A stretch of 64,000 nucleotides of DNA from a virus. Shown in pieces: positions 1-9,711 of this stretch; position 1 is the stretch's first letter; each line of letters starts with the position of its first letter. The DNA lies in IMG/VR virus record IMGVR_UViG_3300032249_000542, positions 96,001 through 160,000 of that record. One strand, written 5' to 3'. A program made the position numbers and the translations under genes. A model generated the notes under the pieces. It saw only the letters and a program-made list of their open reading frames with translations, searched no databases and was not told where the DNA came from.

Positions 1-2
1 AT

Positions 3-1097
3 ACATCTTTAGCAGCTGGTGTAACAGTTGATATTTTTCAAAATAAATTAAGAATTTTCGAAACTGGTGGTAGTATTCGTGGTGCTTTTATTGACATAGC
101 TAATACTACTGCTAACGGAGTTGGTAGTGAAATAGTAAAGTATGATGCAAATAATTCATCTACTGGATTCCTCTCACTACCTAATGGAACAACAGCACAA
201 CGTCCCGCATCAACTGCTAACGGCGTTATGAGATACAACACTAGTAATAATGTAGTAGAAGTTTATATGCCTACTGCTGGATGGACAATTATTGCTTCTG
301 ATAGTCTTATTGTAGATTATTTAATAGTCGGTGGAGGTGGTGCTGGTGGTTCTGGTCACGCAGGAGGTGGAGGTGCTGGTGGTTATATATCTGGTTCATC
401 ATTAACAGTATATAAAGGTACATCTTATCCTGCTGTAGTTGGTGCTGGTGGAACAGGAGCTACTTATAACTCATCTGCTCCATCAGTCGGATCAAACACT
501 TCTATTTTTGGATATACTGCGATACGTGGTGGATACGGTGGAGGACAAAATCAACCGGGTATTGCAAAGGATGGTACATCAGGTGGTTCAGGTGGTGGCG
601 GTGGAAATACAACTAGTGGAGCTGGTGATGGTGGTGCAGGAACACCGGGACAAGGTTTCCCAGGTGGAATCGGTTCTGGTGGAAACTCATGGTCTGGTGC
701 TGGTGGAGGTGGTGCAAGTGCAGCTGGATCAAACAATCCAAATTCTAGTACCGGTGGTGCTGGAGGAGCCGGAATTGAATGGATTAATAGTGTTGCTTAC
801 GCTGGTGGTGGTGGCGGAGGTGGTGGAAGTCCAGCTGATGATACTGGTGGTGCTGGTGGATTTGGTGGAGGTGGTCCAGGAGTGGCGGGTGGATCACGAA
901 CTGCAACATCAGGAACAACCAATCGTGGAGGTGGAGGTGGAGGATCAAGAGATGGTCCCGCAGGAAATGGTGGTTCTGGTGTAATAATTGTTCGTTACCC
1001 TGGAACAACAGAAAGAGCTTCTGGTGGAACAATAACAACATCAGGCGGATATACATATCATACGTTTACAGGTTCAGGAACTTTTTTACCAACATAA
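3..1097 (+). CDS. Glycine-rich tail fibre/adhesin-like protein (5' partial)
   Basis: Frame is open from base 3 (TSLAAGVTVDIFQ...), upstream of the tracked ATG at 228. Has LPNGTTAQRP...RYN motif, GGGG-rich domain and C-terminal GGYTYHTFTGSGTF shared with three downstream paralogs. Confidence 0.7.
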   Translation, partial: TSLAAGVTVDIFQNKLRIFETGGSIRGAFIDIANTTANGVGSEIVKYDANNSSTGFLSLPNGTTAQRPASTANGVMRYNTSNNVVEVYMPTAGWTIIASDSLIVDYLIVGGGGAGGSGHAGGGGAGGYISGSSLTVYKGTSYPAVVGAGGTGATYNSSAPSVGSNTSIFGYTAIRGGYGGGQNQPGIAKDGTSGGSGGGGGNTTSGAGDGGAGTPGQGFPGGIGSGGNSWSGAGGGGASAAGSNNPNSSTGGAGGAGIEWINSVAYAGGGGGGGGSPADDTGGAGGFGGGGPGVAGGSRTATSGTTNRGGGGGGSRDGPAGNGGSGVIIVRYPGTTERASGGTITTSGGYTYHTFTGSGTFLPT

Positions 1098-1103
1098 AAG
1101 AAT

Positions 1104-4100
1104 ATGTCAAAAGCTTACGATAACGCAAAAGAATTAGAGTACATTAGTTTCGACTCTACAAATAATAAAATAAATTTCAGTATTGGAATTTCTACAAACA
1201 ATGCTCCTGTTGCTGCAAGTGTCTATGATGCAAACACAACATCTAATGGTTCCTTTACATTACCTGCGGGTAATACTGCATCACGTCCTGCTTCAGCTGC
1301 AAACGGTGCAATTCGTTTTAATACAACGATTGGTGCAGGAGAAATGTATTTTGAAAAGAGTGGATGGTCGACTTTTGTAGGTGAACCATTAATTACTAGT
1401 GTAAGTCCTGAAACATTTAACGGAACATCTGGAACAGCATTTGAGATTATAGGTGTACGATTTGACCAAGACGCACAGATTTATTTTGTAGCAGCTAACG
1501 GAACATCTTATCTTGCTGGATCAACAGCATTCTATTCTCCAACACGTATTGTTGCAACTACTCCTAGAACTTTTACTGTTGCATATGAACCATTGAGTGT
1601 TAAGATTGTTCAAAACTCTGGAACATATACAAAAGAAAATGCAATTGATTGCGGTGGAGTTCCTTCTTGGATTACTACTGCTGGAAATTTAGGTACTATC
1701 TTTGGTGCAAATACAGTTAATGTATATGTGTCTGCAACGGATCCAGATGGTAATGCAATCAGTTATTCTATTACATCTGGTTCATTACCATCAGGTTTAA
1801 CATTAACAAGTGCTAATGGATTGATTCAAGGATTGAATCCAGGAGTAACAACAAATACAACATACAACTTTACAATTACTGCAACGGATGCTGTTAATAA
1901 TACAGACCGTGCATTTAATTATGTCATTTTAAATCGTCCACCAGTTTGGAATACTGCTGCAACTTTATCGGACATTACTGACGATAACGTATCTTCTTAT
2001 GTAGCAAATACAACTGTCAATGCATACGACCCAGATGGTGGTTCAATATCTTATACATTAGCTAGTGGTTCATTACCAGCAGGTATGACATTCGTTACCG
2101 CTAATGGTGCGTTAGTAGGTCCGGTTACTCCAGTTGATTCTAACACTACAAGCACATTTACTGTTACTGCAACTGACGTTGGAAGTTTAACAAACACTAG
2201 AACATTTAGTTTAACAGTACAATCACCATTACCAGATGATAATTTTGCCAATACCGTATTATTACTACGTACAAATTCGGACACAGTAATTAAAGAATCA
2301 TCGACAAACAATTTACCAATAACTGTCCTTGCTGATTCTAGAGCATCTAATTTTAATCCATATAATACTTCATGGTCGGGTTATTTTGACGGATCAAGTT
2401 CTATTAGAACTGTTGCAAATCCAAATTTAGCTATTGGTACTGGAGATGTGACTGTTGAATTTTGGATGAACACATTTGATAATAGTGATAATGGAATTTT
2501 TGGAACAACAAATGAAGCTGCATGGAATGATAATTCTTGGTCATTTATTTATAGTGATAGTCAAATATCTTTATATAACGGTAATGTTGGTGGTGTTTTT
2601 TGGAGTATAGCAACAGGAACTTTACATGATGGTAATTGGCACCATATAGCAATCGTCAGAAGCAGTGGAACGTGGCAAGTGTTTGTTAATGGAGTATCTA
2701 AAGGTACAACCACAACACAAGGATCTAGAAGTTTAGGTAACAATACGTGGCGTTTTGCTGTTGGTTGTATTGAGCCAAGTAATGCGGACCTTAAATTCAC
2801 AGGTTATATTTCAAACTTTAGACTTAATAATACAGCCCTATATTCCTCAAACTTTACACCAAGCACAACACCATTAACTGCAATTACTGGAACAACATTA
2901 CTTACTTGCCAGTCAAATCGTTTTGTTGACAATAAGACTTCACCAACATCATTTACTGCTGGTAGTTTTCCACAAATTGTTGGACTAAGTCCATTTGCAG
3001 AAACAGATACATCAAATGGATCAATGTACTTTGACGGTACCGGAGATTATTTAACCATTCCAAATAATACGGCTTTTAGCTATAATAGCACATTTTCAGC
3101 TGAGTTATGGTACTACTCAACACATACTAGTTGTACAGATGTAATTCCTTTTTCGGGAAATGGTAATTGGGACTTTATTATTCCAGCTGCGACAACTGTT
3201 GCCTTTAGATGGTTTGTTCCAGGTTATGGTGACACAAACGCACATACGATGATACCAAGTAGTTGGAATCACATTGCAGTAGCGGTAAGTGGAGGAAGAC
3301 TATCTTTTTACCTTAACGGTACTAGAATGTATACTAATGATGCTGTATCATTTTCTCTTGGCGGAAGTGATCCTTCAAGAATAGGTTATGGTAGTAACAG
3401 TATAATGAAAGGTTATATATCAAATGTTCGTGTTACTAGAGGATCAACACCATATGATCCAACACAAACAACTATTACTGTACCAACTTCACCATTAACT
3501 ACAGTTTCTGGAACTACATTTTTAACTTTACAGAATCGTAAAGGACACAATAATCATGCATTTATTGACGAATCAAAAAGTAAATCTTTAATTACTCGTT
3601 TTGGTAATACAACACAAGGTACATTTACTCCGTTTAGTCAGACAGGGTGGAGTAATTATTTTACTTCCGCTGGACTTTCAATACCTTATGCCGATGCTTT
3701 GCAATTACAAAACACAAACTGGACTATTGAGAGTTATTTTAATCTGTCTAGTGCGTCAGCAGAATTTTGTGTTATGGGTGCATCAAACGGTGGTGGTGGC
3801 GTACCTAAATATTTTATGGGTGGGAACTGGAATACTTCGTTTGGTTATACAGCAAATAGAGCGACATTTTTTACTTACACCTCCGGAGGTAGTAGATTTA
3901 TAGACGTTCCATTCACTTGGGAAATTGGTCGATGGTATCACATGGCGGCTGTTTATACTCATTCAAACACAACTATCACTCTTTACATAAATGGTGTAAG
4001 TGTTGGAAGTATGGTTTTCGGTATAGATAATTGCACAGGAAATATACTAATTGGAAGAAACGGTGAAAATGGTGGGGTTATAAATGGTTATATATCTAAT

Positions 4101-5537
4101 TTTAGATATATCGTAGGAACATCACTTTACACGACTAACTTCACTCCAAGCATTACACCACTAACAGCAATTACCAATACACAAATTCTTACGTGTCAGT
4201 CAAATAGGTTTATAGATAATAGCGCAAGTAATCGTACAGTATCCGTAGCTACTGGATCTCCATCAGTCCAAGCCTTCAGTCCATTTGCTCCAAACACAGC
4301 ATACTCTGTTGCGAACACAGGAGGATCATTTTATAATCAAGCTGCTGGTGATGGCTTAAAGTTTCTTACATCAAATCATTCTTTTGGTATTAATGGGGAC
4401 TTTACAATAGAGATGTGGTACTATCCAACAGGACAAACTGGAGATTATAATTTACTTTGGGCTCTTACAAATAGCACTTCGGATGACAATCCATCAATAG
4501 GATTCTTTTTTAATTCCTCTTATAATTTATTCTGGTTAAATAATGGTGGAGGAGGAAACGGATTTGATGCCGGAACTGGTATTAATATAGTTCCTTTTCA
4601 ATGGACTCATATTGTAATCTCACGTTCAGGAGCAAACACTCGTTGTTGGACTAATGGCAAATTAAGAATTAGTAATTGGGGTGTTAGTGCTATTAATACT
4701 AGTAAAAGATTTTTATATGTTGGAATGGATCGTACCGCTTCAGTCACAACTCCCGGGTATACTTCAGGGTTTAGATTTGTAAACGGAAACGCATTATATT
4801 CTGGAGCAAGTGATTTCACACCACCGTCTGCACCACCTACCGCAGTTGCAAATACTGTCGCATTAATAAATGGAACTAATGCTGGAATTTATGATGGTAC
4901 TGGTAAAATCAATTTTAGAACAGTTGGTGATGCAAGGGCAAATACATCAAACGCTAAATTTGGTTTATCAAGTTTTTCAGCTGGAACAACAGTCGATACT
5001 GGAAGTTATCTATCGACAAATGACATTTACCTTCCAGAATTTGGTACTGGAAATTTTACGGTAGAAGCGTGGGTTAGATTAGACACCACAACATTTGACC
5101 ATACTGCTATTGGCCCAATAGTTAGTTATGGTAATGGTGGAGGAAATGGTCCGTTAGGAACATATTCTGCTTGGCAACTTGATATTTTAAATGGTGGAGC
5201 TGGTTTAAAATTCTACAGATATGATGGATCTGAAACTATACAAACTTTTTCTGGAACAATTAATGCAAATAGATGGTATCATGTTGCTATATGTAGATCA
5301 GGAACATCATTAAGAGCATTTATTGATGGAACTCAAATTGGATCAACAGCTACATCTAGTACAAATTATTCTAGAGTTAATGGAACAAATAGAATTTTGG
5401 TTGGTGTACAATCTGGTGGTGGTGGAAATGCTCAGTATTATAGATTCCCAGGATTAATTCAAGAACTTCGTGTTACTAAATCAGCACGTTACACAACAAA
5501 CTTTACACCAGAAACTAAAGCATTTCCAAACAAATAA
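1104..5537 (+). CDS. Large tail fibre/receptor-binding protein with Ig-like (He_PIG-type) repeats and several LamG/ConA-like lectin domains
   Basis: 1477 aa, T/S/N/G-rich; two ATDPDG/AYDPDG...GSLP.G repeats; repeated TxEFW/WxHIAxxR/NG/GYISNFR LamG-type motifs; repeated TCQSNRF.DN. Confidence 0.75.
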   Translation: MSKAYDNAKELEYISFDSTNNKINFSIGISTNNAPVAASVYDANTTSNGSFTLPAGNTASRPASAANGAIRFNTTIGAGEMYFEKSGWSTFVGEPLITSVSPETFNGTSGTAFEIIGVRFDQDAQIYFVAANGTSYLAGSTAFYSPTRIVATTPRTFTVAYEPLSVKIVQNSGTYTKENAIDCGGVPSWITTAGNLGTIFGANTVNVYVSATDPDGNAISYSITSGSLPSGLTLTSANGLIQGLNPGVTTNTTYNFTITATDAVNNTDRAFNYVILNRPPVWNTAATLSDITDDNVSSYVANTTVNAYDPDGGSISYTLASGSLPAGMTFVTANGALVGPVTPVDSNTTSTFTVTATDVGSLTNTRTFSLTVQSPLPDDNFANTVLLLRTNSDTVIKESSTNNLPITVLADSRASNFNPYNTSWSGYFDGSSSIRTVANPNLAIGTGDVTVEFWMNTFDNSDNGIFGTTNEAAWNDNSWSFIYSDSQISLYNGNVGGVFWSIATGTLHDGNWHHIAIVRSSGTWQVFVNGVSKGTTTTQGSRSLGNNTWRFAVGCIEPSNADLKFTGYISNFRLNNTALYSSNFTPSTTPLTAITGTTLLTCQSNRFVDNKTSPTSFTAGSFPQIVGLSPFAETDTSNGSMYFDGTGDYLTIPNNTAFSYNSTFSAELWYYSTHTSCTDVIPFSGNGNWDFIIPAATTVAFRWFVPGYGDTNAHTMIPSSWNHIAVAVSGGRLSFYLNGTRMYTNDAVSFSLGGSDPSRIGYGSNSIMKGYISNVRVTRGSTPYDPTQTTITVPTSPLTTVSGTTFLTLQNRKGHNNHAFIDESKSKSLITRFGNTTQGTFTPFSQTGWSNYFTSAGLSIPYADALQLQNTNWTIESYFNLSSASAEFCVMGASNGGGGVPKYFMGGNWNTSFGYTANRATFFTYTSGGSRFIDVPFTWEIGRWYHMAAVYTHSNTTITLYINGVSVGSMVFGIDNCTGNILIGRNGENGGVINGYISNFRYIVGTSLYTTNFTPSITPLTAITNTQILTCQSNRFIDNSASNRTVSVATGSPSVQAFSPFAPNTAYSVANTGGSFYNQAAGDGLKFLTSNHSFGINGDFTIEMWYYPTGQTGDYNLLWALTNSTSDDNPSIGFFFNSSYNLFWLNNGGGGNGFDAGTGINIVPFQWTHIVISRSGANTRCWTNGKLRISNWGVSAINTSKRFLYVGMDRTASVTTPGYTSGFRFVNGNALYSGASDFTPPSAPPTAVANTVALINGTNAGIYDGTGKINFRTVGDARANTSNAKFGLSSFSAGTTVDTGSYLSTNDIYLPEFGTGNFTVEAWVRLDTTTFDHTAIGPIVSYGNGGGNGPLGTYSAWQLDILNGGAGLKFYRYDGSETIQTFSGTINANRWYHVAICRSGTSLRAFIDGTQIGSTATSSTNYSRVNGTNRILVGVQSGGGGNAQYYRFPGLIQELRVTKSARYTTNFTPETKAFPNK

Positions 5538-5540
5538 ATA
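5534..5540 (+). promoter_or_regulatory. Putative gp55-dependent late promoter (ATAAATA)
   Basis: Matches the core of the T4 late -10 box TATAAATA; upstream of the SD (GGAG) of the 5583 ORF. Confidence 0.55.
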
Positions 5541-5582
5541 GAGTATAAAACAACATTTATATCTTAATAGGAGAAAATAGTA

Positions 5583-5948
5583 ATGGCACATTTTGCAAAA
5601 CTTGGTATTGATAACATAGTGCTAGAAGTATTGGTTGTCAATAATGTAGATACGATGACTCCACAAGGAGAAGAAAGAGAAGAAGTTGGTGTAGAGTTTC
5701 TTAAAAAATTAACAGGTCATGAGGTCTGGAAAAAAACTTCATATAACGGAAACATTCGTAAGAACTATGCAGGTATAGGTTATACGTATGACACTTCCCG
5801 TGATGCATTCATTCCACCTAAACCATATCCTTCATGGACATTAAACGAAACTACTTGTCTATGGAACGCACCTGTTGCATATCCAACAGACGATAAACAT
5901 TATATTTGGAATGAAGAAACTACCAGTTGGGTAGAAACAACTTACTAA
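5583..5948 (+). CDS. Small conserved tail-fibre-associated protein (possible assembly chaperone)
   Basis: MAHFAKL...TSYNGNIRKNYAGIGYTYD...DAFIPPKPYPSW, Trp-rich C-terminus; strong SD; lies within the fibre array. Confidence 0.6.
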   Translation: MAHFAKLGIDNIVLEVLVVNNVDTMTPQGEEREEVGVEFLKKLTGHEVWKKTSYNGNIRKNYAGIGYTYDTSRDAFIPPKPYPSWTLNETTCLWNAPVAYPTDDKHYIWNEETTSWVETTY

Positions 5949-5962
5949 TAAGTGTAAAATAA

Positions 5963-7327
5963 ATGGCATCTAAGGTCTATGACAATATAGTTGAATTAAG
6001 TAAAATTCAATATATTTCTGGTAATAATACTATAAACTTTATCGGTACTCCTATTAATAATGGAGCTGCTATTGTTGATGCAACCGCCGGTCTATATGCT
6101 AATGGTGCGTTTTTACAATCTAATTCATCATTTAGTACGGCAAACTCTGCGTCACTTTATGCCAACGGTTCTTTTGCACAAGCTAATGCTGCGTTTAATT
6201 CTGCAAACAATGTAGCACCACAAATACAACCTGCGTTTAGTACGGCAAATTCTGCGGCACTTTATGCTAATGCTGCATTTATAAAAGCAAACACACCATC
6301 GGATGTTGCAAACTCTGCGGCACTTTATGCTAACGGTGCTTTTGTAAAAGCAAATTCTGGAGCTCAGTATGATGCGAACTCAACATCAACTGGATATTTT
6401 TCAATGCCAATTGGAACAACAGCAGAACGTCCGGCTTCACCAATTGCAGGTTCAATCAGATACAATACTACATTAGGTAGAATAGAAGGATATACTGCCG
6501 GTGCCGGATGGCAAAATATTCTCTCAGATCAGTACACCATCCAATACTTAGTTGTTGCTGGTGGTGGTGCAGGTGGTGGAGGTAATAATGGTGAAGGTTC
6601 TGGTGGAGGTGGAGGTGCTGGAGGTTTAGTTCAGTCATCTTTAGTTGTTACTCCTGGAAATGAATATCCAATCGTTATTGGAGCCGGTGGTAGTAGTGGT
6701 CCAACTGGTGATGCTGGAAATGCTGGTGGAAACACAACTGCATTTTCTCAAACTGCTATTGGAGGTGGACGAGGATCACAGGGTCATGCTGCAGGTGGTC
6801 AGAATGCTACTAGTGGTGGATCAGGTGGTGGTGGTGGTGCTTTTGGTAATAGTTCTGGTGCTGGAACTCCTGGGCAAGGTAACCCTGGTGGTAATCCTGG
6901 AGCTCCTCCTGGTGGTTCAAGTGGAGGCGGCGGTGGTGGTGCAGGTGCTTCAGGTGGTGCTGGTTCAGGCGGTGGTGCAGGTGCTGGTGGTGTAGGACTT
7001 GAATGGCAATCACTTGGAACATTCTATGCTGGCGGCGGTGGTGGCGGAGGATGGAATGGAGGTCCTGGTGGAGCTGGCGGTAGCGGAGGTGGTGGTCAAG
7101 GTGGTGCTCCTAATGGTTCCGGACAAACTGGTGGTAGCCCAAACACCGGTGGAGGTGGTGGTGCTGGTGGAGAAAATCCAGCTAGCACTTCAGTAGGTGG
7201 TGCGGGTGGCTCAGGAATAGTCATCGTTCGTTATACGGGAACACAAAGAGGTAATGGTGGAACCATCAGTCAATCAGGTGGTTATACATATCATACGTTT
7301 ACAGGTTCAGGAACATTCACAGCTTAA
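5963..7327 (+). CDS. Glycine-rich tail fibre/adhesin-like protein
   Basis: ANxAF heptad-like stalk, PIGTTAERP...RYN motif, polyglycine domain, HTFTGSGTF C-terminus. Confidence 0.7.
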   Translation: MASKVYDNIVELSKIQYISGNNTINFIGTPINNGAAIVDATAGLYANGAFLQSNSSFSTANSASLYANGSFAQANAAFNSANNVAPQIQPAFSTANSAALYANAAFIKANTPSDVANSAALYANGAFVKANSGAQYDANSTSTGYFSMPIGTTAERPASPIAGSIRYNTTLGRIEGYTAGAGWQNILSDQYTIQYLVVAGGGAGGGGNNGEGSGGGGGAGGLVQSSLVVTPGNEYPIVIGAGGSSGPTGDAGNAGGNTTAFSQTAIGGGRGSQGHAAGGQNATSGGSGGGGGAFGNSSGAGTPGQGNPGGNPGAPPGGSSGGGGGGAGASGGAGSGGGAGAGGVGLEWQSLGTFYAGGGGGGGWNGGPGGAGGSGGGGQGGAPNGSGQTGGSPNTGGGGGAGGENPASTSVGGAGGSGIVIVRYTGTQRGNGGTISQSGGYTYHTFTGSGTFTA

Positions 7328-7334
7328 CTAAATA
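7328..7334 (+). promoter_or_regulatory. Putative late promoter (CTAAATA)
   Basis: CTAAATA variant also recurs upstream of gp18 and the 62028 ORF; very close to the 7340 start. Confidence 0.4.
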
Positions 7335-7339
7335 ACTAA

Positions 7340-9706
7340 ATGGCTACAGCAGGAAATACAGTAAATAAAATACAGAGGTTTTCGTATACTAATGCGAACA
7401 ACACAACTGTCTATAACACCGACTTAACTGTTAAGGGAAATCTTACAGTCGTTGGAGCATCCGTATATGCACAAACTGAAGTTGTTCTAGTTAAAGACAA
7501 CATCATAACACTTAATGCGGCGATTGGACAATCCGATACACCACTATTCAATGCAGGTATTGAAGTTGATCGTGGCAATCAACCAAACGTATCGTTGATA
7601 TGGAGTGAATCTAATCAAGCATGGCAATTTACCAATAACGGTTCAACATATGAATCTCTTGGTGGAGGTTCATCTGGTGTTTATGCCAATAGTGCATTTT
7701 TACAAGCAAACGGTGCATACGCTCATGCTAATGCAGCATTTATATCTGCGAACAATGTAGCACCTCAAGTACAACCTGCGTTTGATAAAGCTAATGCTGC
7801 ATACGCTCATGCTAATGCAGCATTTATATCTGCGAACAATGTAGCACCTCAAGTACAACCTGCGTTTGATAAAGCTAATGCTGCATATGCGTTTGCAAAT
7901 ACAACTACTGCATGGGGTACACGACAAGCATTCAAAGCTACTGCTGGACAAACAGTATTTTCTCCAGGGTCTGGTTATCTCTCAGGATACATCGACGTTT
8001 ATTATAACGGTATTAAACTATACGACACAGAAGATTATACTGCAACAGATGGTATTAATGTCACTCTTGCAAATCCTGCTACAGTAAATTCTATTATTGA
8101 GATTGTTGGATTTGGTGCAAACGTACCTGTTGCAAATATCTACGTTTTGAATTCAATGGCAAGTATTGTGAATCGTCAAACATTCTATGCGAATAGTGGA
8201 CAAACAACATTCACAGTAACAGGCGGATATCGTGTTGGGTATATTGATGTATACTACAACGGTATTAAAGTCAATATTCCAGAAGATGTAACAGCAGGAA
8301 ATGGTACAACGATTAGTTTTGTTACTTTAACTCCAACAGTAAATTCTATTATTGAAGTTGTTGGGTTGACTCCTAATGTTGCACTTGCAAATGCTATACC
8401 AATTACAGGTGGTACAATTTCCGGAGGATTAAATCTTGCAGGTAATGTAAACCCAACAACTGATAACACTTATTATTTGGGTTCGTCAACAAATCGTTGG
8501 CATAGTTTATTTGTTGGTCCAGGGTCAATTGATATTGGTGGATTAAAGTTAAGTAATGTTGGAGGAGTTCTTTCTATATCTTCTCCAGGGTCAGCACCAA
8601 CTCCAATCGCAGGAGAAGATAATTGGGTTCGTGCTCAAGCTAATGCATCTTTTTTACAATCCAATTCTGCATTTACATCTACCAATGCATCTTTTTTACA
8701 AGCTAATTCTGCATTTATATCATCTAATGCTGCGTTTAATAAAGCAAACTCTGGAGTCCAATACAATGCAAACTCATCAACTACTGGTTCGTTAGCTGTA
8801 CCAATTGGAACAACTGCTGAACGTCCTGCAAATCCACAATCAGGAATGCTTCGATATAATACAACAACCGCATCATTAGAATCATACATGCCTACCGTTG
8901 GGTGGAAAACAGTTACTTCAGATTCATTTACGGTTGAGATTTTAATTGTTGGTGGTGGTGCTTCAGGTGGATATTCTGGTGGTAACGGATACGAAGCTGG
9001 AGGTGGTGGTGCTGGTGGTTTACTATATTACGGAGCAGAAACTCCATTTACAGGAGCAGCTTTAGTATTAAATCCCGGAACATCTTATACTGTTACCATT
9101 GGTGCAGGAGGAGCTGGAACTAATAGCACTACTGCTAATGGAAGTAATAGTGCATTCCACACATATACAGCTGAGGGTGGCGGTTCTGGTGGTAACAACA
9201 ATAATAGTGCAGTAGGATATCCTGGAGCTTCTGGTGGTGGAGGACTACAAGCTAATGCAGGAGGTGCGGGTAAATCCGGACAAGGATACCCTGGAGGAAA
9301 TGGAACAGGTTCAAAAGCAGGTGGCGGAGGTGGTGCTGGTGGCCCTGGAGGAAATGGTGACAATCCAAATGTAGGTGGTGGACATGCTGCAGTATATGGC
9401 ATTTCTGGTACAAACATTCAGTATGCTGGTGGTGGTTCTGGCGGTAATGCAGCAAATACTACTACTCAAGGTGGAGGAGGTGTTGCTGGACCATCGGGAA
9501 CAAACCATGCTACTATTGCTAATAGAGGTTCTGGTGGTGGAGGTTCAAATCCTGGAGGACCAACTGGTTCAGGCGGTACAGGAAGTTCTGGTGTAGTTAT
9601 TCTTCGTTATCTAGGAACACAAAAAGCTTCAGGTGGTACTATAACTTCAATTGGTGGTTATACTGTACACACATTCACAGGTTCAGGAACATTCTCGGTT
9701 ACGTAA
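7340..9706 (+). CDS. Glycine-rich tail fibre protein with duplicated beta-domain and coiled stalk
   Basis: Two copies of RQ.F.A..GQT.F...GYIDVYYNGIK...TVNSIIE.VG; ANAAF repeats; Gly-rich C-terminal domain. Confidence 0.7.
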   Translation: MATAGNTVNKIQRFSYTNANNTTVYNTDLTVKGNLTVVGASVYAQTEVVLVKDNIITLNAAIGQSDTPLFNAGIEVDRGNQPNVSLIWSESNQAWQFTNNGSTYESLGGGSSGVYANSAFLQANGAYAHANAAFISANNVAPQVQPAFDKANAAYAHANAAFISANNVAPQVQPAFDKANAAYAFANTTTAWGTRQAFKATAGQTVFSPGSGYLSGYIDVYYNGIKLYDTEDYTATDGINVTLANPATVNSIIEIVGFGANVPVANIYVLNSMASIVNRQTFYANSGQTTFTVTGGYRVGYIDVYYNGIKVNIPEDVTAGNGTTISFVTLTPTVNSIIEVVGLTPNVALANAIPITGGTISGGLNLAGNVNPTTDNTYYLGSSTNRWHSLFVGPGSIDIGGLKLSNVGGVLSISSPGSAPTPIAGEDNWVRAQANASFLQSNSAFTSTNASFLQANSAFISSNAAFNKANSGVQYNANSSTTGSLAVPIGTTAERPANPQSGMLRYNTTTASLESYMPTVGWKTVTSDSFTVEILIVGGGASGGYSGGNGYEAGGGGAGGLLYYGAETPFTGAALVLNPGTSYTVTIGAGGAGTNSTTANGSNSAFHTYTAEGGGSGGNNNNSAVGYPGASGGGGLQANAGGAGKSGQGYPGGNGTGSKAGGGGGAGGPGGNGDNPNVGGGHAAVYGISGTNIQYAGGGSGGNAANTTTQGGGGVAGPSGTNHATIANRGSGGGGSNPGGPTGSGGTGSSGVVILRYLGTQKASGGTITSIGGYTVHTFTGSGTFSVT
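7714..7887 (+). repeat. Exact 84-bp in-frame tandem duplication (28 aa AYAHANAAFISANNVAPQVQPAFDKANA x2)
   Basis: Unit starts at 7714 and 7798; a third partial start at 7882; the copies are nucleotide-identical. Confidence 0.95.
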
Positions 9707-9711
9707 AAAAT

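Noticed and set aside
7714-7887. CRISPR-like repeat array
   Set aside because: Contiguous in-frame coding duplication without spacers; no cas genes.
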